From assembly GCA_045636165.1 (NCBI GenBank), contig JAZTWZ010000095.1:1-52332 (forward strand): a stretch of DNA of 52,332 nucleotides, in the 5' to 3' direction. The notes under the pieces were generated by a model. It searched no databases, was not told the DNA's origin, and saw only the letters and a program-made list of their open reading frames with translations. This DNA comes from Eubacteriales bacterium. Its GTDB lineage: Bacteria; Bacillota; Clostridia; Oscillospirales; JAAYXM01. Shown here piece by piece: positions 39,180-48,075 of this stretch. Within the stretch, counting starts at the first letter, position 1, and every line of letters begins with the position of its first letter. A program made the position numbers and the translations under genes.

Positions 39180-40360
39180 TGCAGAGAGTCATAAGGCTTT
39201 TTACGGGAAGTTTAAGGGTTGAGGTGCGAGGGGCATATCCCGAGCGTTTTTTGAATCTATGTGCGAGAAGCGGTATAAAATTCCGTAATATGGAAACTCT
39301 TGATATAGGCGTTTTCAGAATTGATATGAACCCGAAAGACTTTCTCTGTATAAGACCGATTGCGAGAAAGTCGATGTGCCGCGTTCATATCGTATCCAAA
39401 AGTGGTATCCCGTTTTATGCGCGTCGCGTAAAGAAGAGGACGCTCCTTGTTGCCGGATGCAGCGTTTTCTGCATTGCGGCGTGGATATTCACCGGGTTTG
39501 TCTGGTCGATAAACATAGACGGCTTTGAGGGACTTGATGAAGATAAGTTGGTTTCGTATCTCGAAGAGGGAGGGCTTCGTATCGGCGCACGCGTTTCGTC
39601 AATCGACATCGAAGCTTTGAGAAACGATATCCTTATACGTCTACCTGAGCTTTCCTACATATATGTAAACTTCAGCGGAGCCGAGGCACGCGTTATCGCA
39701 AAGGAGAGGAAGGCTCCTCCTGAAATTTTACCTGCAGATGTACCGTGCGACATAATTTCGGATAAGGACGGCATCGTAAATAGCATAACGGTAAAAACGG
39801 GAACTCCGGAGGTCGTAAAGGGAGAAACCGTAATGCGCGGTCAGATTCTTGCAAGCGGATATGTGACAGGACGCGAGGGAACTACCGTAGTTACTCACGC
39901 GGATGCAGAGATAACGGTAAAAACCTGGCCGTCAAAAAGTGCGAGAATGCAGAAAAAATATATGGAAAAATCTTTCACCGGACGCGAGAAGGAAAGGTAT
40001 ACAATAATTTTATTCGGAAGCAGAATAAAATTGTATCCAAACAGTAGAATTTCATATACAAAGTGTGATAAAATAATTAAAAGGAATAATCTTACGCTTT
40101 CAGAAAAAATTAAACTGCCGATTTCTCTTGAGCGCGCGACATACCGTGAGTTTGAGCTTTTGGAGAAAACGCTGGGAGAAGAGCGCGCGTATGAAATTAT
40201 GGGGGATACGCTTGCAAAGAATCTTTCGGAGAGGAAAGACTGCGAGGTTTCAGATACAAAGCTTTTAACATCTTCTGATGAAAACTTTGCTTATGCGTCC
40301 CTTAAGGCTGAATGTATAGAAAAAGCAGGAGTAGAAAGAAAACTGTTAAAGGATGGATAA
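39179..40360 (+). CDS. yqfD: Sporulation protein YqfD
   Basis: G...V.V.G..PERFLN.C....I start, one central TM, 393 aa. yqfC-yqfD-phoH synteny. Confidence 0.85.
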   Translation: MQRVIRLFTGSLRVEVRGAYPERFLNLCARSGIKFRNMETLDIGVFRIDMNPKDFLCIRPIARKSMCRVHIVSKSGIPFYARRVKKRTLLVAGCSVFCIAAWIFTGFVWSINIDGFEGLDEDKLVSYLEEGGLRIGARVSSIDIEALRNDILIRLPELSYIYVNFSGAEARVIAKERKAPPEILPADVPCDIISDKDGIVNSITVKTGTPEVVKGETVMRGQILASGYVTGREGTTVVTHADAEITVKTWPSKSARMQKKYMEKSFTGREKERYTIILFGSRIKLYPNSRISYTKCDKIIKRNNLTLSEKIKLPISLERATYREFELLEKTLGEERAYEIMGDTLAKNLSERKDCEVSDTKLLTSSDENFAYASLKAECIEKAGVERKLLKDG

Positions 40361-41366
40361 AATGGTAGAGAAAACTGTAAATGTTGAGCGGCTTGAGCAG
40401 ATGACCGATATTTTCGGCGCATTTGATGAAAATATCGGAATCTTGGAGCGCGAGCTTGGGGTAACGGTTCTTAATCGCAATACCGAGTTCAAGGTTGTCG
40501 GCGAGCCTGACCGTGCCGACCGCGCAGTAAGGGTTATTGAGAGCCTTCTTGTTCTCTCGTCGCGCGGTGAGGCGATAAACGAACAGAATATCAGATATGT
40601 CATAGGGCTTGTCGAAGAAAACCGCGAGTCGCAGATATCTGAGCTTGCGCGTGATATTGTCTGCATAACGACAAAGGGAAAGCCTATAAAGCCGAAGACA
40701 ATCGGACAGAAGGAATATATAAAAGCGATAAACGAAAATACAATAACACTCGGCATCGGTCCTGCCGGAACCGGAAAGACATACCTTGCCGTAGCGGCGG
40801 CTGTAAATGCTTTCCGCGAGAAGAAGGTAAATAGAATTATCCTTACGCGACCTGCAATTGAGGCAGGCGAAAAACTCGGTTTTTTACCCGGAGACTTGCA
40901 GAGCAAGGTTGACCCGTATCTGCGTCCGCTTTATGACGGTCTTTATGATATGATAGGTCCCGAGGCCTTCCAGAGATATATGGAAAGGGGAACGATAGAG
41001 GTTGCTCCGCTTGCATATATGCGAGGCAGAACTCTTGACGATTCGTTCATAATACTCGACGAGGCGCAGAATACAACGCCTGAGCAGATGAAGATGTTCT
41101 TGACCCGACTCGGCTTCAACTCAAAAGCCGTAATAACGGGTGATATAACTCAGATCGATCTTCCCGACGGCAAGAGCTCGGGTCTTCGCGATGCTATGCG
41201 CGTGCTTGAGGGCGTTGAGGATGTGGCGCAGTGTCATCTGACATCAAAGGATGTCGTCCGTCACGCGCTCGTTCAGCGAATTATCAACGCGTATGAAAAG
41301 CGCGACCGCGAGAGAGAAAAGAAAATTCAACAAATGAAACAGGGTGGAAAGAATGGCAGAGCATAG
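40353..41366 (+). CDS. phoH: PhoH-family ATPase
   Basis: [24 protein letters not shown]-like, LDEAQNTT, TGD.TQ.DLP. The start could instead be the ATG at 40362. Confidence 0.92.
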   Translation: MDKMVEKTVNVERLEQMTDIFGAFDENIGILERELGVTVLNRNTEFKVVGEPDRADRAVRVIESLLVLSSRGEAINEQNIRYVIGLVEENRESQISELARDIVCITTKGKPIKPKTIGQKEYIKAINENTITLGIGPAGTGKTYLAVAAAVNAFREKKVNRIILTRPAIEAGEKLGFLPGDLQSKVDPYLRPLYDGLYDMIGPEAFQRYMERGTIEVAPLAYMRGRTLDDSFIILDEAQNTTPEQMKMFLTRLGFNSKAVITGDITQIDLPDGKSSGLRDAMRVLEGVEDVAQCHLTSKDVVRHALVQRIINAYEKRDREREKKIQQMKQGGKNGRA

Positions 41367-41841
41367 AATAACTATTGTAAACGAAACAGAGGAAAACTCA
41401 TTCAACGAGGCGATAGAGAGCGCAGTACGCGCAGCTCTTGACTATGAAAAAGTCGAGCAGGGATGCGATGTGTGCATAATAGTAACGGATGACGAAAACA
41501 TCCGCGAGCTCAACCGCGAGCATCGTGAGATTGATCGCGCGACGGATGTTCTCTCATTCCCGATGCTTGACCTGAGACCGGGTGAGAAGATTGAGGTATC
41601 CCCTCTTGAGCTTGACGAGGAAACGGGAACGGTTATGCTCGGAGATATCGTAATCTCCGAGGAAAGAGCAAAAGCTCAGGCGGAAGAATACGGTCACGGC
41701 GTACTCCGCGAGGTGTCGTTCCTTACGGTTCACGGTATTCTCCACCTTCTCGGCTATGACCACGAGCTTTCAGATGAGGATGAAAAGCTCCACTTCGGCC
41801 GTCAGGAAGAAATTCTCGAGAGTATGGGGCTGCGGAGGTAA
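41353..41841 (+). CDS. ybeY: rRNA maturation endoribonuclease YbeY
   Basis: HGILHLLGYDH zinc motif and TDVLSFP. The ATG at 41353 is preferred; the ORF opens at GTG 41344. Confidence 0.92.
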   Translation: MAEHRITIVNETEENSFNEAIESAVRAALDYEKVEQGCDVCIIVTDDENIRELNREHREIDRATDVLSFPMLDLRPGEKIEVSPLELDEETGTVMLGDIVISEERAKAQAEEYGHGVLREVSFLTVHGILHLLGYDHELSDEDEKLHFGRQEEILESMGLRR

Positions 41842-41844
41842 AAA

Positions 41845-42315
41845 ATGCAGACAAAAGAGGAAACGGGAACTTTGTGGGCAAGCTTCAAGCACTCGCTTGA
41901 CGGGCTTATTTCGGTTATCCGTAATGAGAGGAATTTCAGAATACATATCTGTATGGCGGTGTATGTCGCTGCATTTTCCGTTATCGGAAAGGTCGGAGTT
42001 CCGACATTCCTTAAGCTTTTAATCTGCATCGGTGCGGTTATGTCGGCAGAGCTTTTTAACAGCGCGATTGAGATTCTGTGTGATGAGATAACGCACGACT
42101 ATAACGAAAATATAAAGAAAATTAAGGACATATCTGCCGCTGCAGTGCTTGTAATCGCACTGTTCTCGGCGATACTAGGGCTTACGGTATTTCTCTCAAA
42201 AGAGGTTCTTTTTGAAATCGGAAGAGTGTTTCTGTCGTATCCGATTGTCCCGATCCTGATTTTTCTGTCACTACCGCTAGCGGTTTTATTCATAATAAAA
42301 CGAGGTAAAAAATGA
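41845..42315 (+). CDS. dgkA: Diacylglycerol/undecaprenol kinase DgkA
   Basis: NERNFRIH, E..NSAIE, KD.SAAAVL. Three TM segments. Confidence 0.85.
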   Translation: MQTKEETGTLWASFKHSLDGLISVIRNERNFRIHICMAVYVAAFSVIGKVGVPTFLKLLICIGAVMSAELFNSAIEILCDEITHDYNENIKKIKDISAAAVLVIALFSAILGLTVFLSKEVLFEIGRVFLSYPIVPILIFLSLPLAVLFIIKRGKK

Positions 42316-43643
42316 TTAAAGGCGATATTTTTACTGTTAAAATCGAAAACTACACCTCCGAGGGCGCAGGCATTGCGCGCATTGACGGTATGGCGGTATT
42401 TGTTCCGCTTGCGCTTCGGGGTGAAGAGTGTGAGATTAAAATAATAAAGGTCGAAAAAAGCTTTGCGTACGCAAGGCTTATTCGCGTTATTTTATCATCC
42501 CCTGAGAGAGTGAAGAGCGAATGTGAATACTACCCGAAATGCGGCGGGTGTACGATGTGGCACATGACATACACTGAGGAGCTTCGAATCAAGGAAGAGC
42601 ATGTGCGCTCGTGCATCGAGCGTATTGCAAAGTCTCAAGCGCAAGTTCTTCCTATAATCGGTGCAGACGATACACATCGCTACCGCAACAAGGCGCAGTT
42701 TCCGTGTGCATCAGACTTCTCGAGCGGTTTTTACCGACCGAGAAGCCACGATATAGTTTCGTCCGAGACCTGCCTTATCCAGAGCCAAGCGGCAGACACG
42801 GTTCGCGCGGCTGTTCATTCCTGGCAGAAGAAGCATAATGTCTCGTCTTATGACGAAAAAAGCGGTAAGGGAATTTTGCGCCATGTCTATGTAAGAAACG
42901 GCGATGGCGGAGTCTTGGTCTGCCTTGTTGTTACGAAAATGCCGAAAAACACTGACGAGCTTATAAAAGAAGTTCTTGCGGTGTGTCCTGCGGTTTGTGG
43001 AATTATGCTCAATATAAATTCAAAGAATACGAATGTAATTCTCGGCGATAAATACATAACCCTTTGGGGAGAGGGCGAGCTTTCGGACAAGCTCTGCGGA
43101 AATTCGTTTTCAATTTCTCCTGCCGCGTTTTACCAGGTAAACCACGCGCAGACGGAAAAACTCTATGATATCGCAGTTTCACGTGCGCTCTCAGGCGGTG
43201 AAAAAACCGTTCTTGATCTCTATTGCGGAATCGGGACCATAACACTCGCACTTGCAAAAGGTGCAGAAAAGGTTATCGGTGTTGAGGTTGTTCCGCAGGC
43301 GATAGAGAATGCAAAGGAAAATGCAAAGAAAAACGGAATAGATAATACGGAGTTTATCTGTGCAGATGCAGGTGAGGCGGCGCAGATGCTTGCAGAGCGC
43401 GGTGAAAAGCCTGATGCAATAGTAGTTGACCCACCGCGAAAGGGTATCTCCGAGGATGTAATTTCTGCTATCGGGAAAATGTCGCCCAAAACGCTTGTGT
43501 ATGTATCGTGTGACCCTGCAACGCTTGCACGCGATATAAAGCTTCTCGGTGAAAGAGAAGGATATAAAGTAATCTCCGTTCAACCCGTTGATATGTTCCC
43601 TCGCACAAAGCATTGCGAAGCGGTAGCAAAGCTCGTTCTTTAA
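42312..43643 (+). CDS. rlmD: 23S rRNA (uracil-C5)-methyltransferase RlmD/RumA family
   Basis: N-terminal TRAM domain, Fe-S Cys cluster (C..C.GC.), SAM motif DLYCGIGT, DPPR.G, C-terminal catalytic Cys (VSCDP). Confidence 0.88.
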   Translation: MIKGDIFTVKIENYTSEGAGIARIDGMAVFVPLALRGEECEIKIIKVEKSFAYARLIRVILSSPERVKSECEYYPKCGGCTMWHMTYTEELRIKEEHVRSCIERIAKSQAQVLPIIGADDTHRYRNKAQFPCASDFSSGFYRPRSHDIVSSETCLIQSQAADTVRAAVHSWQKKHNVSSYDEKSGKGILRHVYVRNGDGGVLVCLVVTKMPKNTDELIKEVLAVCPAVCGIMLNINSKNTNVILGDKYITLWGEGELSDKLCGNSFSISPAAFYQVNHAQTEKLYDIAVSRALSGGEKTVLDLYCGIGTITLALAKGAEKVIGVEVVPQAIENAKENAKKNGIDNTEFICADAGEAAQMLAERGEKPDAIVVDPPRKGISEDVISAIGKMSPKTLVYVSCDPATLARDIKLLGEREGYKVISVQPVDMFPRTKHCEAVAKLVL

Positions 43644-43677
43644 CAGTAGTATAAATCTCTTCGGGAGAAAGCTTACA

Positions 43678-44364
43678 ATGGATAAATGTATGCCGAAAAT
43701 TTTGTCGGGTAATCAGCTTAAAATAATTGCAGCGCTTGCGATGACGATAGACCACATAGGCGTGATGATGTTTCCGAGACTTCTTGTTTTGAGAATTATA
43801 GGGCGCATTGCACTTCCGATTTTCGCGTATATGATAGCGGAAGGTTGTCACTATACGAAAAGCAAGAAAAAGTATGCGCTTACATTGTTTGCGGTTGCGT
43901 TTTTGTGTCAGATTGTATATTTTGTAGCGATGAAGTCGCTTATGCAATGTATTCTGGTAACATTTCTTATGTCGGTTTTGTTGATTTTCTCTCTTGAGGA
44001 AGCGCGCAAGAAGAGAGATTTAAGGAGTATCTGTCTTTTTGCAATAACTCTTATCGTCTCTTTTCTGATATGTGAAGTATTGCCCTTGCATATCAAAGGA
44101 TTTTCGGTAGATTACGGTTTTGCAGGCGTTGTTCTTCCGCTTCTGATTTATATCGGAAGAGGACATCGCGAAAAGGTTCTTCTTTGCGCCGTGGGGCTTT
44201 TGCTTCTGAATGTTGCGATAAAAGGTGTTCAGGTATATTCGTTTCTTTCACTTATATTCCTTTGCTTCTATAACGGGGAAAGAGGAAAGTGGCGGCTTAA
44301 ATACTTTTTCTACATTTACTACCCTTTGCATCTTGGGGTAATATATCTTATAAGTCTGTTATAG
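43678..44364 (+). CDS. TraX-family membrane protein
   Basis: LK.IA...M..DH.G......... .GR.A.PIFA signature. Polytopic. Confidence 0.8.
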   Translation: MDKCMPKILSGNQLKIIAALAMTIDHIGVMMFPRLLVLRIIGRIALPIFAYMIAEGCHYTKSKKKYALTLFAVAFLCQIVYFVAMKSLMQCILVTFLMSVLLIFSLEEARKKRDLRSICLFAITLIVSFLICEVLPLHIKGFSVDYGFAGVVLPLLIYIGRGHREKVLLCAVGLLLLNVAIKGVQVYSFLSLIFLCFYNGERGKWRLKYFFYIYYPLHLGVIYLISLL

Positions 44365-44529
44365 AATCAGTTGTTTTCCCGCGGGAATCGTGGTAAAATA
44401 AATTGTTTATGGAAATATAAAGTTATGTATATCCGTGGACTGGGCAGGAAAAACCGCGCCCGTTTATCCCCACGGAAATCTTTATCAGAAGGGTATCATT
44501 CTTGTTAACACAGAGGAATTATAAGAATT

Positions 44530-45762
44530 ATGAAAAAAAGAAATTCACTACTCAAAATTAAAGGAGTATTTACAGAAGGAACAAGCTTTAGGTTCTTTCT
44601 TTTGTCCGTCCTTATAACGGGTATCTCCTACGGTTTGTATAAAGGTATTCTCGATAACTTCCTTGCGGAGGTTGTACATATCGGCGAGGCGGAAAGAGGC
44701 GTTACGGAGTTCTTCCGTGAGCTTCCGGGAATTCTTCTCGTCTTCATTCTTGCGGCGTTTTATATGCTTTCGGCAGAAAGCCTTTTTAAGGTAGGCGCGG
44801 TCATTATGCTCGTCGGTCTCGGTATGCATGCGGCACTTCCGCCGACAAAGGTGCTCACGATTCTTGCAATCTGCATATACTCAATCGGTGAGCATATACA
44901 GATAGGAATGAAGAGCACGCTCTCGCTGAAGTATGCGACGCCCGGAAGCGGCGGTGCGGCACTTGGAGCACAGACCTCGGTGAATCAGATAGGTACGCTT
45001 CTCGGATATCTCGTAGTCGTTGCGGCGTTTTCACTCATAACTTCGAAACAGCCATTCAATGAGTTCTTCATTCTTGCGGCAGGCCTTGCGCTTGTTGCTG
45101 TGCTTATAAATTTCAAACTCATCGGAAAAAGTGAGACGGACAAGAATAAACGCTTCTATTTCCATAAGAAGTATAAGAAATACTATATGCTCGAAATGTT
45201 CTATGGTGCGAGGAAGCAGGTTTTTCTTACCTTTGGACCGTATGTTCTCATCCGCCAGTACGGCGCGAGCACAGCGACAATCAGCCTTCTCTTTGCGGTT
45301 TCGTCCGTTGCGTGCTTTATCTTCTCGCCGATTATCGGAAAGATTATTGACAGAGTAGGATACAAAGCTGTTATGGTGGCAGATACGCTCATTCTCGTTA
45401 TTGTTTGCTTCTTCTACGGCTTTGCTCATCACATTTTCCCGATGAATATCGCGTTTATCGTATGTTGTGTAAACTATGTTCTCGATGCGGTGATTTCTCT
45501 TGCATCAATGGCATCGAATATGTATGTAAAAGACATTTCCGACAGCGACGAAGAGGTTAAGGCAACAATCTCCACGGGCGTTTCCATAAACCATGTCATT
45601 ACGATATTCATCGCCCTTTTCGGCGGCTGGATTTGGAAGGTTCTCGGAATCGAAACTCTCTTTATCTGCTCGGCAATCCTCGGACTTCTCAACAGTGCTT
45701 ATGCTGCATCAATCAAGACGAAAAAGCAGATTCCTGAAACCTGTGAGGAAACTTGCAAATGA
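44530..45762 (+). CDS. MFS-type transporter
   Basis: 410 aa with about 12 hydrophobic segments and a basic central loop (KNKRFYFHKKYKKY). Confidence 0.75.
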   Translation: MKKRNSLLKIKGVFTEGTSFRFFLLSVLITGISYGLYKGILDNFLAEVVHIGEAERGVTEFFRELPGILLVFILAAFYMLSAESLFKVGAVIMLVGLGMHAALPPTKVLTILAICIYSIGEHIQIGMKSTLSLKYATPGSGGAALGAQTSVNQIGTLLGYLVVVAAFSLITSKQPFNEFFILAAGLALVAVLINFKLIGKSETDKNKRFYFHKKYKKYYMLEMFYGARKQVFLTFGPYVLIRQYGASTATISLLFAVSSVACFIFSPIIGKIIDRVGYKAVMVADTLILVIVCFFYGFAHHIFPMNIAFIVCCVNYVLDAVISLASMASNMYVKDISDSDEEVKATISTGVSINHVITIFIALFGGWIWKVLGIETLFICSAILGLLNSAYAASIKTKKQIPETCEETCK

Positions 45763-46682
45763 AGCTTTTTTTCGCACCGCTTGAAGGGATAACCACATAC
45801 ACATTCAGAAATACGCATTTTGAGATGTTCGGCGGCGCTGATTCGTATTTTTCGCCGTTTATAAACCCGAGCGACAACGAAAAGGTGAGCAAGAAGGGCT
45901 TTCGCGATATTCTACCCGAAAACAACGGAGAGACTCCGTTTACCGTTCAGGTGCTTACAGCAAACAGTGAGTCGTTTCTCAAATTCTGCGAAAAGGTAAA
46001 ACCGCTTTCGTATGATGAGGTGAATATAAATATCGGCTGTCCTGCATCGACTGTTGTGCGAAAGGGCAGAGGTTCGGGCTTTTTGAAAACGCCCGAGGAT
46101 ATGGATGAATTCTTCTCTGAAATATTTGATAAAACCGATATGAAGGTATCGGTTAAAACGAGAATCGGATATTCTTCACCCGATGAGTTTTCTCGAATTC
46201 TTGAGATTTACAACAAATACCCGATTGAATGCCTCACTGTTCACCCGAGAACGCGCGAACAGCTCTATAACGGAGTTTGTGACATGAACGCATCTTCTAT
46301 TGCATTTAATTTATCGGAGAATAAGCTTTGCTATAACGGCGACATCTGTACGGCAGGTGACTTTCACGGTATAGAAGAAAGGTTTCCGAAGCTTTCTGCC
46401 GTTATGCTCGGGCGCGGAGCTGTTGCAAACCCTGCAATCTTCCGCGAGATCCGCGGTGGAGAGAAACTTTCGACAGATGAGCTTATCGAGTTCACGGCAA
46501 AACTTTCCGAAAAGTACAGAAAAGTTCTCGGTTCGGAGGTTTTTACTCTGCATAAGCTCAAAGAGGTATGGATATACGCGATAAGAAACTTCCCTGAGGA
46601 AACGAAACTCGCAAAAGCGATTAAAAAAGCGGGAGATTTATCTGATTTTATGGCAGCGCTCAAATGCTTGCCGCGGCTTTAA
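45759..46682 (+). CDS. tRNA-dihydrouridine synthase family (Dus-like TIM barrel flavoprotein)
   Basis: APLEG.T...FR, NINIGCP...V...G.GS.L, K.R.G, HPR motifs. ATGA overlap with the MFS stop; the ORF opens at TTG 45753. Confidence 0.8.
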   Translation: MKLFFAPLEGITTYTFRNTHFEMFGGADSYFSPFINPSDNEKVSKKGFRDILPENNGETPFTVQVLTANSESFLKFCEKVKPLSYDEVNINIGCPASTVVRKGRGSGFLKTPEDMDEFFSEIFDKTDMKVSVKTRIGYSSPDEFSRILEIYNKYPIECLTVHPRTREQLYNGVCDMNASSIAFNLSENKLCYNGDICTAGDFHGIEERFPKLSAVMLGRGAVANPAIFREIRGGEKLSTDELIEFTAKLSEKYRKVLGSEVFTLHKLKEVWIYAIRNFPEETKLAKAIKKAGDLSDFMAALKCLPRL

Positions 46683-46691
46683 GGAGACAAT

Positions 46692-47225
46692 ATGAAAGCA
46701 ATAGTCATATACAAGTCAAAGTACGGTTCGACAAAGCAGTATGCCGAGTGGATAGCAGAAGAACTTTCGGCAGACCTCTTTGATGCAAAGAGCGTGAATG
46801 CTGAAAAGCTTGCGGAATACGACACGATAATCTACGGCGGCGGGCTTTATGCCGAGGTTATAGCAGGCGTTACGCTTATTACGAAGAATATTGATAAGCT
46901 GGATGGCAAAAAGATTATAGTTTTCACGACGGGAATAACTCCGATTGAATACCGCGAGTATTACGACAAGCTCGTTCTTGATAAGAACTTCAAAGGTGAT
47001 ACGAGAGAAAAGGTGAAGGTTTTCAACTTCCTCGGTAAGATGATTCTCGACGAGCTTACACTGCCGCACAGAACGGCAATAAAAGCGCTTAAGAAGCTTA
47101 TGTCGGGAAAAGAAAACCCGACCGAGATGGAAAAGCTTCTCGTTACGCTCTGCGATGCGGACGGCGATTTTACCGACAGGGACGCAATCGCAGAACTTAT
47201 AGAATATGCAAAAGAAGGAATGTGA
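46692..47225 (+). CDS. Flavodoxin-domain protein
   Basis: MKAIVIYKSKYGSTKQYAEWIA is a flavodoxin-like FMN-loop start. 177 aa. Confidence 0.75.
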   Translation: MKAIVIYKSKYGSTKQYAEWIAEELSADLFDAKSVNAEKLAEYDTIIYGGGLYAEVIAGVTLITKNIDKLDGKKIIVFTTGITPIEYREYYDKLVLDKNFKGDTREKVKVFNFLGKMILDELTLPHRTAIKALKKLMSGKENPTEMEKLLVTLCDADGDFTDRDAIAELIEYAKEGM

Positions 47226-47229
47226 AAAG

Positions 47230-47937
47230 ATGCTCGATGCGATACTTTTTGATCTGGACGGAACACTTCTTCCGATGGATAATGACGAATTTATAAAAGG
47301 CTATCTCGGTCTTATAGCTAAGGTAGCGATACCGTGGGGATATACCTCCCCTGAAGAAACCGTTGCAGCCCTCTGGAAAGGCGTTGCCGCAATGGTAAAA
47401 AACAACGGTGAAATGTCAAACTATGAGGCATTCTGGAAAAGGTTCGAAGAGGTTCTCGGACGCGACTGTTCGGAAGATGTTCCGAAGTTTGACAAGTTTT
47501 ATGCAAATGAGTTTATGCAGCTTTCATCACTTTGTGCGCCGACACCGCTTGCAAAAGAGGCGGTCGCTGAGGCAAGAAAAAAGGCGAAATATGTTATTCT
47601 TGCATCAAACCCCGTTTTCCCGATGGTTGCAACCGAAATGCGAATGGGGTGGACAGGGCTTTCTCCCAATGATTTTGATTGGGTAACAAACTATTCGAAT
47701 TCAGGACATTGTAAGCCGAATCCTGACTATTACAGTGATATTTTAAAAAGGTTTGATATAAACCCCGAGAAATGCGTCATGATAGGAAACGATGTAAAAG
47801 AGGACTATCTCGCATCAAAAGAGGTCGGTGTTTCATCGTTCATCGTAACAGATTATATAATAAACCGTGAGAATGAAAAATTTGATTGTCCGAGCGGTAC
47901 ATATACCGATATGATAGAGTATATAAAGAAGTTATAG
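47230..47937 (+). CDS. HAD-superfamily hydrolase
   Basis: ILFDLDGTL (motif I), SN (motif II), K...GND..D (motifs III/IV). The ATG at 47230 is preferred; the ORF opens at 47206. Confidence 0.8.
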   Translation: MLDAILFDLDGTLLPMDNDEFIKGYLGLIAKVAIPWGYTSPEETVAALWKGVAAMVKNNGEMSNYEAFWKRFEEVLGRDCSEDVPKFDKFYANEFMQLSSLCAPTPLAKEAVAEARKKAKYVILASNPVFPMVATEMRMGWTGLSPNDFDWVTNYSNSGHCKPNPDYYSDILKRFDINPEKCVMIGNDVKEDYLASKEVGVSSFIVTDYIINRENEKFDCPSGTYTDMIEYIKKL

Positions 47938-47945
47938 GTTATATT

Positions 47946-47981
47946 ATTTGCAGGCTGTTTGTGCAGTCTGCAAATTTTTTT
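47946..47981 (+). terminator. Intrinsic terminator after the HAD gene
   Basis: 12-bp stem (atttgcaggctg/cagtctgcaaat) followed by T7. Confidence 0.8.
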
Positions 47982-47990
47982 AAAAAAGTC

Positions 47991-48019
47991 TTGCATTTGC
48001 ATTATATGCGGTATATAAT
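47991..48019 (+). promoter_or_regulatory. Sigma-A-type promoter for the Na/Pi cotransporter gene
   Basis: TTGCAT, 17 nt spacer, TATAAT. Confidence 0.55.
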
Positions 48020-48075
48020 GCAAAATGGATAAGAAGGGAAATAAATGAAAAAAAGAAAAAGAAAGGAAAAAAAGA

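Noticed and set aside
40346-40906. 186-aa minus-strand ORF within phoH
   Set aside because: It is antisense to a gene with clear Walker A and PhoH motifs.
44376-44387. Palindrome ttcccgcgggaa as the traX intrinsic terminator
   Set aside because: It has no loop and no downstream U-tract, so it is more likely a protein-binding palindrome or chance.
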